IMG/VR virus record: IMGVR_UViG_3300045988_105168
Span: 32,001-96,000 of that record
Direction: 5' to 3' (one strand)
DNA: 64,000 nucleotides
From: a virus
The position numbers were made by a program, and so were the translations under genes. This document shows positions 36,377 to 46,064 of this stretch, piece by piece (positions within the stretch are counted from its first letter, which is position 1; the number at the start of each line of letters is the position of its first letter). A model generated the notes under the pieces. That model worked only from the letters and a program-made list of their open reading frames with translations. It searched no databases and was not told where the DNA came from.

Positions 36377-39120
36377 CTCTTTACCTCCTCTAAAGAATAA
36401 TGATGACCTAAATACTCAAATCCATTTTCATCTTCCACAACTACCTGTGATTTGCCATACGGAATAATATCTATAATATCATCACCTATAATATCCCAAA
36501 TACAATCATAAGACCATCCATTACGCTCACATAATACTATTAAGTGGTTAAATAGTTCTTTAAAAGATGTAAATAATTCTAACATCTCATTTTTATACTC
36601 ATCACGATTAGCATATAAGACATTTTTTAAAATCTCATTCATATCGTCATCTTGAATACCCTCATTGTCTACCAACGCCTCAATACCTTTATATTTACGT
36701 TGTGCCTTATACTCTTTATATATTTGTTCTAGTTTTGCCATCTTATCTTCTTCTACTTCTATGTCTTCTGCAAACTCTGGCAATAAACTTACACAATTAG
36801 GTTTGTATTTTATATCAAACTCTACATTCTCTATTTCTTTACATAATAAATTCATAATACAATCTGTTTCTAAAACAGGAGAATACTTACGATATTTTCT
36901 TAATAAATTCATTTCGCCCTCAGTGTGGTCTTTCTTTCGTAATAAAACTTTAATAGGGACTCCAAAATGAGTTAAACTAATACTATTAAAATTCTTCTCA
37001 TAATTCTTATAGTCATTCATAAGCGTATTATATAAATAAATAAAGAAATATGGTTTTTTCTTAACTACCATCGAATTGTATTTATATTTCTCTGCTTTGG
37101 TTATATCATCGTCGTCCTTATTGATATGTACCCAATGCCTCCAAGACTTAGGAAAGTTTGGTGGGGTTGTTCCTTTGATTTTATCAATCTCAGCCCCTTG
37201 TAATTCTCTCAGTAATTTTAATCTTTTCTCAATTTCTTCTTTTTGCTCTACCTGTTTTTCGCCTCTAAACAAAGGTAACATTGCAAGCATACTTGTAGAG
37301 TAGTTTGTAATCTGCCCTACTTTTGTATCAAGTCCTTTAATATCACATCTTACTTGATTTGGTAAAGTTATCTTTTGTGTAGGCACAGCCTCTTTATCAT
37401 ACATAATAGGGAGTTCATCTCTTTTTGCTCCTTTTAAGAAATAAGGATTGTCTGTTGCCATACAAATATCCCCATCAAAATCGGAGTCGGCGTGTTTTAC
37501 AACACTAATATCATAGATGTTATAAATAATACCGCTATATATATATTTATACCATTTACGCATTTCCTCAGTATTAGCAAGTTGTTGTACATTAACTTCA
37601 GAATAATGTGTCAATGGACTTCTTAACAAACAAACCTCTCCAGTAATATTTCTTTCATTCCAGAAGTTACCATAAACATAATTCGCTGGCAATAAACCGT
37701 CTGGACTTAACCCAAGAGCACTTCGACATTGAGCTACTGGGTCACTAATCATAAATGAATAATTACCCTTTACCCAAATACGACCGATTTTTGCTTGGCG
37801 TATACTTTCCTTAATAGAATTATAAATCTTTCTTTGAATAAATCCGTCTTTTAACATTTCAGGATTTTTAATGATAGCTTTTGTAAATACACTACCACAA
37901 GAATTAATAATACTATCAATATTAAGCGCTGGATTTTTTACACCAACATTATATGTTAAAGCATATTCAATATTTCCACTACAAATGTTTTTTATCCATT
38001 CTGTTGTATACGATACCAAACCAGCAATATCTTCTTTGGTTAAATCTAAAACTTGAATATATTGATAATTGGTTAAAACATATTCATCGTCTGCTTCTTT
38101 GTTATAACGGGCTACTCCCCATTTTAAATTATATGCTTTGTGATAACTTAAATATCCTTCCCAAGAAGAATAATATTTCGCCATCTTAAATTGACTCTCA
38201 GATAATAAAACGTCAATATCATCAATATTGTATTCTGTACCGTATCTATCTTTAATAGTTAAAACCCCGTGTTCTTTAGCATATGCTTTAAAATCAAAAG
38301 GAACCAAGTTACCTTTAACAAACGCTGTTCTTACAACAAACGAACAAGGTGTATAATTTAAATGCATATCCTCCGCCCAACATTTTGCCATTTCTGGACT
38401 TATTAAACCTTGACCATCGGCACTATTTAATTTTATATCTTTATAAATTTGTTCTACTGTATTACCATCTTCTGTCTTATTAATCCAGTTTAACTTTTGT
38501 TGAGGGATTACAGTATCAAAATCTTTAATGACACACACTCTTGGTTCTCTTACCCATAATACAGATGAAAAAGATAAAGCATAATAAGCGGATAATTTTG
38601 CTAGATTAATTGTCTTAATCTTTCCGTTAAGACCACACATCAATCTCTCTTGCATATAATCAAATAATTCTTCATTGATAAAAGAAACAGTATTTCTTCT
38701 CATTTGTCCTGAACCAACCATAAACCTAACATAATGTTTACCATTTAAATCAAAACCATTACGTCCCAATTCTCTATATTCTTTTTTTGTGACAACTTTT
38801 ATATTAATAATATCGTCTACAAATAATAAGTCGTCTAATTGTGATTGTAGGTCTTTAATCTGATTTAAACTATCTGGAGTTGTTGGTTGTTTTCTTATTT
38901 CTTTCATTTCTTTACGAATTGATTGAACTTGATTATATAAAGACACGTGGTCTCTATCGTCATTATAATACTCCCTAATTTTAGCGAGTACTAAATTATC
39001 ACCAATAGAAACAACATTCCCGTCTCTTGATGCCTCTTTAAATGAATAATGTGTCATTTTGCCAATCTTGTTTGATGGTATCTTATAGATATAATAAGAA
39101 TTTTGTAAAACCTTTGCCAC
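36370..39120 (-). CDS. single-subunit two-barrel RNA polymerase (YonO / cellular RdRP-like)
   Basis: 916 aa. LLRSPLTHYSEV followed by HADSDFDGDICMATDNPYF, the RxP...DxDGD catalytic signature of double-psi-beta-barrel RNAPs/RdRPs. GTG start 5 nt after AGGAGGG. Confidence 0.7.
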   Translation of the reverse strand: MAKVLQNSYYIYKIPSNKIGKMTHYSFKEASRDGNVVSIGDNLVLAKIREYYNDDRDHVSLYNQVQSIRKEMKEIRKQPTTPDSLNQIKDLQSQLDDLLFVDDIINIKVVTKKEYRELGRNGFDLNGKHYVRFMVGSGQMRRNTVSFINEELFDYMQERLMCGLNGKIKTINLAKLSAYYALSFSSVLWVREPRVCVIKDFDTVIPQQKLNWINKTEDGNTVEQIYKDIKLNSADGQGLISPEMAKCWAEDMHLNYTPCSFVVRTAFVKGNLVPFDFKAYAKEHGVLTIKDRYGTEYNIDDIDVLLSESQFKMAKYYSSWEGYLSYHKAYNLKWGVARYNKEADDEYVLTNYQYIQVLDLTKEDIAGLVSYTTEWIKNICSGNIEYALTYNVGVKNPALNIDSIINSCGSVFTKAIIKNPEMLKDGFIQRKIYNSIKESIRQAKIGRIWVKGNYSFMISDPVAQCRSALGLSPDGLLPANYVYGNFWNERNITGEVCLLRSPLTHYSEVNVQQLANTEEMRKWYKYIYSGIIYNIYDISVVKHADSDFDGDICMATDNPYFLKGAKRDELPIMYDKEAVPTQKITLPNQVRCDIKGLDTKVGQITNYSTSMLAMLPLFRGEKQVEQKEEIEKRLKLLRELQGAEIDKIKGTTPPNFPKSWRHWVHINKDDDDITKAEKYKYNSMVVKKKPYFFIYLYNTLMNDYKNYEKNFNSISLTHFGVPIKVLLRKKDHTEGEMNLLRKYRKYSPVLETDCIMNLLCKEIENVEFDIKYKPNCVSLLPEFAEDIEVEEDKMAKLEQIYKEYKAQRKYKGIEALVDNEGIQDDDMNEILKNVLYANRDEYKNEMLELFTSFKELFNHLIVLCERNGWSYDCIWDIIGDDIIDIIPYGKSQVVVEDENGFEYLGHHYSLEEVKRC

Positions 39121-39130
39121 ATTATCCCTC

Positions 39131-39685
39131 CTAAACTATTTTTTCTAATAAAACCTCTTTTATTTGATGTTCTAATGAACCTATACTTGCAGCGGCAATA
39201 GTATAATCAAACTCAAAATCATCTAAAGCCACCTCGCTTAAATGTTGTTTTTGCTCTTCTGTTAATGAAGAACTATATTGGCTCCAATCTGCGTTTAATC
39301 TATTAACCCTAATAGCCATTACTTTATCCCCAAACATTGCTTTTGGATAATATATTTCATTTGGGAAGCGCGCATCATCGATAATAACAAAATCAACATA
39401 ATCTTGACATATCTCTACATCTTCGCATATTCTTCCTACGTGAAAGTTTGGCTTATTAAGTTTTTGTCTAATAATATCAGTACCTAATTGTTGCAATAAT
39501 TCTCTGCCGCCATTATCTTTTTGACCATTCCAACCGCAATATCTTGTAGCTAAATCTTTTAAGTAATAAGCATATCGAGTAATCACAACCTTATACCCTA
39601 ATTCCTCTAATTGTTTTTTTAAAATCTCAGAGGCAGTAGTTTTTCCGTGCTCTGCTTTGCCACTAAATAAAATCATTCTTCTCAT
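39131..39685 (-). CDS. P-loop deoxynucleoside monophosphate kinase-like protein
   Basis: 184 aa, Walker A FSGKAEHGKTT, size and LGTD motif typical of phage dNMP kinases. Confidence 0.55.
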   Translation of the reverse strand: MRRMILFSGKAEHGKTTASEILKKQLEELGYKVVITRYAYYLKDLATRYCGWNGQKDNGGRELLQQLGTDIIRQKLNKPNFHVGRICEDVEICQDYVDFVIIDDARFPNEIYYPKAMFGDKVMAIRVNRLNADWSQYSSSLTEEQKQHLSEVALDDFEFDYTIAAASIGSLEHQIKEVLLEKIV

Positions 39686-39689
39686 TTTT

Positions 39690-40280
39690 CTATTCTCCTT
39701 TTTTACTTAACGTCTTATAATCATATGACGAATAAAACGATAATATGTCATCTATTTCTAGCCAAGTATTTACGACCAAAATATCTGTATTGTTATAATT
39801 AGACTGCCAATTAAAATTATGATTATCTTTGTACAATATTTTAATATCGGCATTTGTGTCTAAAGCCGCTGTACAATCATCAATTTGAATTCCATTAGTC
39901 ATATCTACTTGTTTTTTGCTTAAACTATTATTAGTGATGCCTACAAAGCTGACATTACCTGGGATATTTTCTTTTACCCACTGTTCTTTCTTTTTTAAAT
40001 TCTCCGCTGTCCCTTTTGTAGTAATAATAAATTTTACTTTACCATCGTATTTATTTAAAACTTTTAAAAAGTCGCTCTTAAATTTTAAATTAGAAAAGAA
40101 CTCATCACTTTCAAAAATACCTAATTTTTCTTCCTCGGTGATGGGGGCTATAGAAGTATAACCGTAATCTTCAAGGTCGTCTTCGCTTTTATTTAATCCA
40201 TACTTGTCATTTAAGATTTCTATAACCTTCTGATTACTCTCGACTATCGTATTATCAAAATCTACATAAACGGTTGTCAC
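39690..40280 (-). CDS. HAD-family 5'(3')-deoxyribonucleotidase-like protein
   Basis: 196 aa, N-terminal VDFDNTIV (DxDxT/V nucleophile motif). GTG start after AGGAGG. Confidence 0.6.
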   Translation of the reverse strand: MTTVYVDFDNTIVESNQKVIEILNDKYGLNKSEDDLEDYGYTSIAPITEEEKLGIFESDEFFSNLKFKSDFLKVLNKYDGKVKFIITTKGTAENLKKKEQWVKENIPGNVSFVGITNNSLSKKQVDMTNGIQIDDCTAALDTNADIKILYKDNHNFNWQSNYNNTDILVVNTWLEIDDILSFYSSYDYKTLSKKGE

Positions 40281-40317
40281 TTAACGAGCCTCCTTTCTCT
40301 ATCCTATTTACATATAC

Positions 40318-40346
40318 ATTATAACAAAAAAAAATGAATTTGTCAA
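40318..40346 (-). promoter_or_regulatory. consensus sigma-A promoter for the nucleotidase-kinase-RNAP operon
   Basis: Minus strand TTGACA (40346-40341), 17 nt, TATAAT (40323-40318) preceded by TGT. Confidence 0.7.
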
Positions 40347-40353
40347 CAAAGAT

Positions 40354-40382
40354 TTGACAAAAACAAAGTTATATGATAGAAT
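40354..40382 (+). promoter_or_regulatory. sigma-A promoter for the reversed two-gene island
   Basis: TTGACA (40354-40359), 17 nt, TAGAAT (40377-40382). The track's TTG start at 40354 is this -35 box. Confidence 0.65.
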
Positions 40383-40398
40383 AAGGACGGTGATAATT

Positions 40399-41115
40399 AT
40401 GAACAATTTTACAAGAGAGGAAATAAGAATAGGAGATAAAATAATAGACAGACTTACTGATGAAGAAGGAATGAATTGGTATCCTTTAAAAACATTTTTG
40501 TTTTCTATTTTATGTAAATCAGATAAAGTATCGTCTTTTAGAGATAGTGCTATGGCGCGTTATATGCAAGTTATAGAATATCAAACTGAAAGACCTGGTA
40601 TGAAAAGACCAATTAAAACCTGGTGTATTAATGAGTTAGGTATTAAATATTTACTAAGACATATGAAAGTTAATCGCACACAAAATAAAGCGTTATATGA
40701 AGCGAGAGAAAAGGGTTTTTATGAGGCGTGTTTATATTTTAAAGTAAGAACGCCCGACGAACTAGACCCATTATATATAAATACACCACCTAAAATTACC
40801 GACTACGACATCTGGTCTGTTACTTGTTTAGAAAACGACTTTAAACTTAAAGGTAATGATAGATGGAAGAAGTGTTCGGAGTGTGGATATTATTATCCAG
40901 ATAAAATAAGATATTTTGGAAGCGATACAAAAAAGAAAGCCAAGTGTCTACAATGTCAAGGAAAAGATTTTAAATGTAGAAATAAAGTGATACAATTTAT
41001 ATATGAAAACGATGGCTTAGATTTATTATATAAGTTATCTTTAAATAAAAATGATGATACGGTAGAAGCTCTTAAAGTTTTTATAAACAAAGGAGGAAAG
41101 AATAATGAGAATTAA
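40399..41115 (+). CDS. putative DNA-binding protein with C-terminal zinc ribbon
   Basis: The likely start is ATG 40399 (MNNFTREE). C-terminal CSECG...CLQCQG. Confidence 0.5.
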   Translation: MNNFTREEIRIGDKIIDRLTDEEGMNWYPLKTFLFSILCKSDKVSSFRDSAMARYMQVIEYQTERPGMKRPIKTWCINELGIKYLLRHMKVNRTQNKALYEAREKGFYEACLYFKVRTPDELDPLYINTPPKITDYDIWSVTCLENDFKLKGNDRWKKCSECGYYYPDKIRYFGSDTKKKAKCLQCQGKDFKCRNKVIQFIYENDGLDLLYKLSLNKNDDTVEALKVFINKGGKNNEN

Positions 41116-42319
41116 TGTGGTTGATGCAGGATGTGGTATTGGTAAAACAACAGCACTAATAAATAAAATGAATGATGATATGACCGAACAAAAATATTTG
41201 TTTGTTACACCATTCCTTAGTGAAGTAGAAAGAATAAAAAAGGCTTGCCCTGATAAACATTTTGTCGACCCTCAAGAAGGACAAAACAAAAATAAACTAC
41301 TAGATTTATCTAAACTGATTGAAGAAGGGCAGAATATAGTTACAACACACGCCTTATTTAAAAAGTTAGATAAAGATATTGTCGATGTCACCCTACTAAG
41401 AGATTATATATTAGTAATGGATGAAGTTGCCGATTTAGTTGAAGAATTACCTATATCAAAATCGGACTTAAAAAATATATCTGAAAACTATATATCTGTG
41501 CATCCTAAAAGTCATATGGCAGAATGGCTAGATAATGATTATAGTGGAAAATTTGATGAATATATGCGTATGGTACAGAAGAATAATGTATTCTCTTATG
41601 TAGATAAAAATAATAAAGTGGTGTCTTTAATGTGGTTATTCCCTTATGTTATATTTGAGTCATTTAAACAAGTATTTGTTTTAACTTATATGTTTGATGG
41701 CCAAATTCAAAAGAAGTATTTTGACCACTTCGGAGCAACTTATGCAAATTGGTATGTTAAAGATTTTCACTTAACCCCAACACCACAAAAATATGATTAT
41801 AGTAAAACTAAACAGTTAATAACTGTATGTAAAGTAGAACGCTTAAATCTTATAGGATGGAAGAAAACAGCACTGTCAATGTCGTGGTTTAATACAAATA
41901 AAAATACTTATAAAATGTTAGAATTGCAAAATAATATACGTAGTTTCTTTAGGAGCCACGTAAAAACAACCAGTGATAAATCCTTATGGACTACATTTAA
42001 AGAATATAAAAAGTATATCAAACGACACGGTTTCACTGGCGGGTTTGCCCCTATTAATTCAAGAGCAACTAACGAGTATGGTGATAAAACAGCAATAGCA
42101 TATATCGGTAATAGATATTTCAAACCTACGGTTAAAAATTTCTTTACATTTAATAATATACCAGTCAATCAAGAATTTGAAGATAAATTTGCTCTTTCAG
42201 AGCTAGTACAATTTGTATATAGAAGTGCAATTAGAAATGGTAAACCGATAGATGTGTACATACCATCCAAGAGGATGAGAGATTTATTCCTTGAATGGTT
42301 AAAAAAACCAAACATTTAA
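41105..42319 (+). CDS. SF2 helicase-like P-loop NTPase
   Basis: Motif I DAGCGIGKT, motif II VMDEVAD and a motif VI-like QFVYRSAIRNG. 404 aa. Confidence 0.55.
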   Translation: MRINVVDAGCGIGKTTALINKMNDDMTEQKYLFVTPFLSEVERIKKACPDKHFVDPQEGQNKNKLLDLSKLIEEGQNIVTTHALFKKLDKDIVDVTLLRDYILVMDEVADLVEELPISKSDLKNISENYISVHPKSHMAEWLDNDYSGKFDEYMRMVQKNNVFSYVDKNNKVVSLMWLFPYVIFESFKQVFVLTYMFDGQIQKKYFDHFGATYANWYVKDFHLTPTPQKYDYSKTKQLITVCKVERLNLIGWKKTALSMSWFNTNKNTYKMLELQNNIRSFFRSHVKTTSDKSLWTTFKEYKKYIKRHGFTGGFAPINSRATNEYGDKTAIAYIGNRYFKPTVKNFFTFNNIPVNQEFEDKFALSELVQFVYRSAIRNGKPIDVYIPSKRMRDLFLEWLKKPNI

Positions 42320-43554
42320 GTTTGGTTTTTTGTTTGTTCTTCTAAATTATCAAAATTATCTTCTGTCCACACAAAGTCTTCTGGTATATATTTTCTAATG
42401 TAGCTCATATCAGATGGTTCCATTCTATTCATTATTTTTGCGAATTGTTCTTTACCCTCTTTAGATATACGTTTGCAATATTTATCAAACCAGCACTTCA
42501 ACGACATCCAATTAGAATTTCTTACATATTGCCAAGCATCATCTTCATCGTCTTTTTTAGATGCCGCCTCTTTGGCTTCGTATATTAAACCTAATTTATC
42601 ATTAGCTTTGGCAACCAAATAGCTTTCTATCTCTGTACCTTTAACTATCGGCATATCTACATCCATTTGTTGTAATTGTCGCATTACTGACTCTGTTGCT
42701 ACTAATGTATTTTCTTCCAACCCTTTTTCTTCATAAAGCATATCTCTATATTGTTTTAAGAAATCGTCACTTGCTTCATCCAATACATCTGTAATATCTC
42801 TAACATCTGTATAACTATCACTAATAGCCTTAAATAATTCTGGACAACAAGTCTCTGCTGTTACAACAGATGCAGCCGTTAATTTTCTTAACTCATAATA
42901 ATTAATTGCTTTTCTATCTCTGTCTAAATCAACGACGTCTGAATTAAAATTATATCCATATTTAAAATTATCGTCAGATTGAATATATAATCCTTCAACA
43001 TACATTTTACCTTTAAACTTTGGTTCTAATAAAATATAACCATTTTCAGACTCAACCATATTACCATAGTCGCCATCTATACAAGGAAAGTATGTTAATA
43101 ATTCATCGTATAAATCTTTATCTACACCAGAAATAGAAAAACATAAATCTGTCTCCGCGCGCTCTAAATTATTAACCTCTATATTTAATACTTGCGTACC
43201 GAATTTTTCACTAATAGTAAAGTTTGGTATCCACTCTTCGTCAGCATTAATAATATTAACCGTGAAACCCTTTCTTAATAAAACTATTAACGCTAATTTA
43301 TACCCTTCTCCAAACTTACCAATCATTCCTTCAATACTGTCTTTACTTGAACAACCAAGTACTAATGATGATTTAGGTAATTTGGTGTTTTTGTTTCTTA
43401 TATATAGAACTCTTTCCGACTCACTATATTCAATTTCTTTCGGATGACCACAATTTTCGCCATCAATAGCATTTTGTAATAATTCTCTAATCGCTTCTCT
43501 TATTCCCCAATTACAAACGTAATTAGGAGATAGAGGTAATTCATAATTTTCCAT
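42316..43554 (-). CDS. GHKL-superfamily (HSP90/MORC/histidine-kinase-like) ATPase
   Basis: Bergerat N-box REAIRELLQNAIDG and Gly-rich lid GKFGEGYK. 412 aa. Confidence 0.6.
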   Translation of the reverse strand: MENYELPLSPNYVCNWGIREAIRELLQNAIDGENCGHPKEIEYSESERVLYIRNKNTKLPKSSLVLGCSSKDSIEGMIGKFGEGYKLALIVLLRKGFTVNIINADEEWIPNFTISEKFGTQVLNIEVNNLERAETDLCFSISGVDKDLYDELLTYFPCIDGDYGNMVESENGYILLEPKFKGKMYVEGLYIQSDDNFKYGYNFNSDVVDLDRDRKAINYYELRKLTAASVVTAETCCPELFKAISDSYTDVRDITDVLDEASDDFLKQYRDMLYEEKGLEENTLVATESVMRQLQQMDVDMPIVKGTEIESYLVAKANDKLGLIYEAKEAASKKDDEDDAWQYVRNSNWMSLKCWFDKYCKRISKEGKEQFAKIMNRMEPSDMSYIRKYIPEDFVWTEDNFDNLEEQTKNQT

Positions 43555-43573
43555 TTTATAATCCCTTTCTTCC

Positions 43574-44041
43574 TTAGTAATCTGCTAGCATCTCTTGATA
43601 TTCTTCTTCGTTTTGAACGCACATAAAGTTTCTAATATAATCATCTTTAATTCTTTCCATTAGCTCAGCATATTCCCTTTTAAACTTATCAAACGGGAAT
43701 TGCATTATAGTATGGTGTTCATCGTCTTTACTATAAATACGTTGCCAAACTATATTAAGTATGAAACCAAAATTTTCTGGGGCGTATTCTTCTTCAAATC
43801 GATTAAGGTCTCCGTATGTTAAGTATGCCACTAAAGTTAAATCTCCTTGCCCCTCGCCCTCTAATATTATTTTATTAACGGCGCTTTCATCATCTCGTTC
43901 TTCTAAATCAAATAACATATCAAGTTCTGTTTTTAAATAAGATAAATAACTAACTGAAAATGTACAATATCCTAAATGTAGGTCTGCCCATCCAGCACTA
44001 ATATTATCAATATTAATCACTCCACACCACTCCTGTTCCAT
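43574..44041 (-). CDS. hypothetical protein
   Basis: 155-aa ORF, tightly packed. Confidence 0.5.
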   Translation of the reverse strand: MEQEWCGVINIDNISAGWADLHLGYCTFSVSYLSYLKTELDMLFDLEERDDESAVNKIILEGEGQGDLTLVAYLTYGDLNRFEEEYAPENFGFILNIVWQRIYSKDDEHHTIMQFPFDKFKREYAELMERIKDDYIRNFMCVQNEEEYQEMLADY

Positions 44042-44261
44042 TGCAACTTCTACAAGTCTCTGGCGCGGTCGTTGTTGTTACCCAACTATTACCTGTCGAA
44101 CTATAAAATCCACCAGATACAAAACCACGTCCCATACACACTGGGCACGTAAACGGCTTCTTTGTATTTAATATACGATAAGCATTACCACCATTATTTT
44201 CTAGCATTGGTATTTGTATTGTTTCTTTTTTCATATTTTCTGGTATTTGAATAAAATCCAT
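44013..44261 (-). CDS. small DnaJ-type zinc-finger protein
   Basis: CPVCMGRG and CRSCNGTG (CxxCxGxG x2). Confidence 0.5.
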   Translation of the reverse strand: MDFIQIPENMKKETIQIPMLENNGGNAYRILNTKKPFTCPVCMGRGFVSGGFYSSTGNSWVTTTTAPETCRSCNGTGVVWSD

Positions 44262-44857
44262 TATTCCACCTCCTTAAATACTGATATTGTATTATTACCC
44301 CTATATCCTCTGTCTATAGAAGAACTTTTTCCACTAACAAATAAATCTATGCGTTGCTCATTATTAACATACATACACGCGCCACAACTATCCAAGATAA
44401 TTCCCTCGTATTCAACGCCATCTATAATAAGTTCAATAGTATCACGATAATGATAATATGTTTTATCACTACGAGCAACATTCCATTTTCCGCAAACACC
44501 ACTTTTTGCATTTAAACATTCATAAGTGGCGGCCGCTAATACAAGTTTACCATCATATGTGTACCAACCTTTGTTATTGATTTGAAAATCATCTTCACAT
44601 AAACCCGAACCAGTACACGCGCCTGTACCATATCCATCATTATTCCAAAAACTTGTTAATCGATATTGCACATATTGTTTTGGCTCTTCTTCAATTATTT
44701 CTTCAACTATCTCAATTTCCACCTTTTCGGAGGGCGGAATATTTTCTTCTACTTTTACTTCATTTTCTGTAGGTTTTTGATGGTTTTGACCGTTAAATCG
44801 TATAAAAACTAAACAAAATAACATAAAATAAAGTGCTAAAATACATACTTTTTTCAC
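44261..44857 (-). CDS. secreted/membrane-anchored 3D-domain (RlpA/MltA-like double-psi barrel) protein
   Basis: N-terminal hydrophobic anchor VCILALYFMLFCLVFI. C-terminal LVLAAAT...IILDSCGAC...RIDLFV pattern typical of 3D domains. Confidence 0.5.
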   Translation of the reverse strand: MKKVCILALYFMLFCLVFIRFNGQNHQKPTENEVKVEENIPPSEKVEIEIVEEIIEEEPKQYVQYRLTSFWNNDGYGTGACTGSGLCEDDFQINNKGWYTYDGKLVLAAATYECLNAKSGVCGKWNVARSDKTYYHYRDTIELIIDGVEYEGIILDSCGACMYVNNEQRIDLFVSGKSSSIDRGYRGNNTISVFKEVE

Positions 44858-44912
44858 GTCTTTCAGACCTCCTATTATATATATCTTAGCACATTATATT
44901 GTTTTTGTCAAC

Positions 44913-45317
44913 CTATACTTCGCGTCTTGGATTGTATTGTGGTGGAGTCCAGTCGCTCAACTCTTTTTCTAAGAAGTAAATCTCATTAATAAGTTCGTCT
45001 TTTGACATATTTTCTAATTCTTCACGACGCTCTTCTTCTCCCCAGTCTACTGGTTGATAATTTCCATACTCGTCTCTTAATAAACAAGCGTGATTATAAT
45101 TTTGTGTAACCATCACGTCAATTTCGCCATCTTGTTCCCATTTTACACCAGCAACTAAAGTATCGCCTGTAGCAGAAAAAGTAAAGTCAGTTTCTTTTTC
45201 TTTAGATTTAACTAATTTTTCAATAACCTCATCAATCATTTTTTGTACATATGCATCTTTAACGTGTACTGCATCTTTTTGAGTGTCAAAATATTTACCT
45301 TTGAACTTTATTTGCAT
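44913..45317 (-). CDS. hypothetical protein
   Basis: The likely start is ATG 45317 (MQIKFKGKYF, GAGGAGG 9 nt upstream). Confidence 0.5.
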   Translation of the reverse strand: MQIKFKGKYFDTQKDAVHVKDAYVQKMIDEVIEKLVKSKEKETDFTFSATGDTLVAGVKWEQDGEIDVMVTQNYNHACLLRDEYGNYQPVDWGEEERREELENMSKDELINEIYFLEKELSDWTPPQYNPRREV

Positions 45318-45567
45318 TATCGATTTCCTCCTCATCCCAAGTATCGTCACCATAATTTAAAACTTGCATCATTCGAGCAACATTAACAATGCTTAATTTA
45401 TCTTGAACTTCGTCATCTGTTATAATGCCTTTTTCTACTAATAATTCACAAAGTAATAATAACCTTGCTAAAATTTCAGCAGAACACTGATGTTCATAAT
45501 GAAATACTTCTTTTATATAAGCTTCTATAGCTTTAAGCTCCTGGTTGGTCACAAGCAGCACCTCCAT
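45295..45567 (-). CDS. hypothetical protein
   Basis: 90-aa ORF in a co-directional operon. Confidence 0.4.
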   Translation of the reverse strand: MEVLLVTNQELKAIEAYIKEVFHYEHQCSAEILARLLLLCELLVEKGIITDDEVQDKLSIVNVARMMQVLNYGDDTWDEEEIDNANKVQR

Positions 45568-45820
45568 TTTCTGCGCAATCTACAAATAGTTCATACGTTT
45601 CTTCATAAAGCATTTTATATCTGTTGGCTTCATATATCCAATAATCACGTGCCTTCTCTAAATCAACAATTTCTTGGTTGTTTGTTTCAATAACTCCTAC
45701 AAGGTCATCTGAAATAACCATAAGCATCCAACTAAATAAAATAAGCATTACCGATAAACACAAACCAGCAACCATTCCTGTAAAATATACAGCCTCTCTT
45801 TTTCTTCCAAATTCATCCAT
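45533..45820 (-). CDS. small membrane protein
   Basis: 95 aa with a TM helix (MVAGLCLSVMLILFSWMLMVI). Confidence 0.45.
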   Translation of the reverse strand: MDEFGRKREAVYFTGMVAGLCLSVMLILFSWMLMVISDDLVGVIETNNQEIVDLEKARDYWIYEANRYKMLYEETYELFVDCAENGGAACDQPGA

Positions 45821-45821
45821 A

Positions 45822-46064
45822 CTATTTACCTCCCATATAAAAGTCTAACGCAAACGCACGAACAATCTGTATTTCAGGATTACGGTTGTGTTTTAGTTCG
45901 TCATCATATGTTTGCAAATAATAATCTAACTTATTATCTATACTGGCGTTTTTGTTAATAATAAATTCGGTATCTTTTTGACCAGGTATAGTTATTTCAA
46001 CTCCAACGTCCGCTTTATTTTTCTTAGCGTCCATAAAGATAATTGTCAATTCCTTCTTCGTCAT
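45822..46064 (-). CDS. hypothetical protein
   Basis: 80-aa ORF. Confidence 0.45.
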   Translation of the reverse strand: MTKKELTIIFMDAKKNKADVGVEITIPGQKDTEFIINKNASIDNKLDYYLQTYDDELKHNRNPEIQIVRAFALDFYMGGK

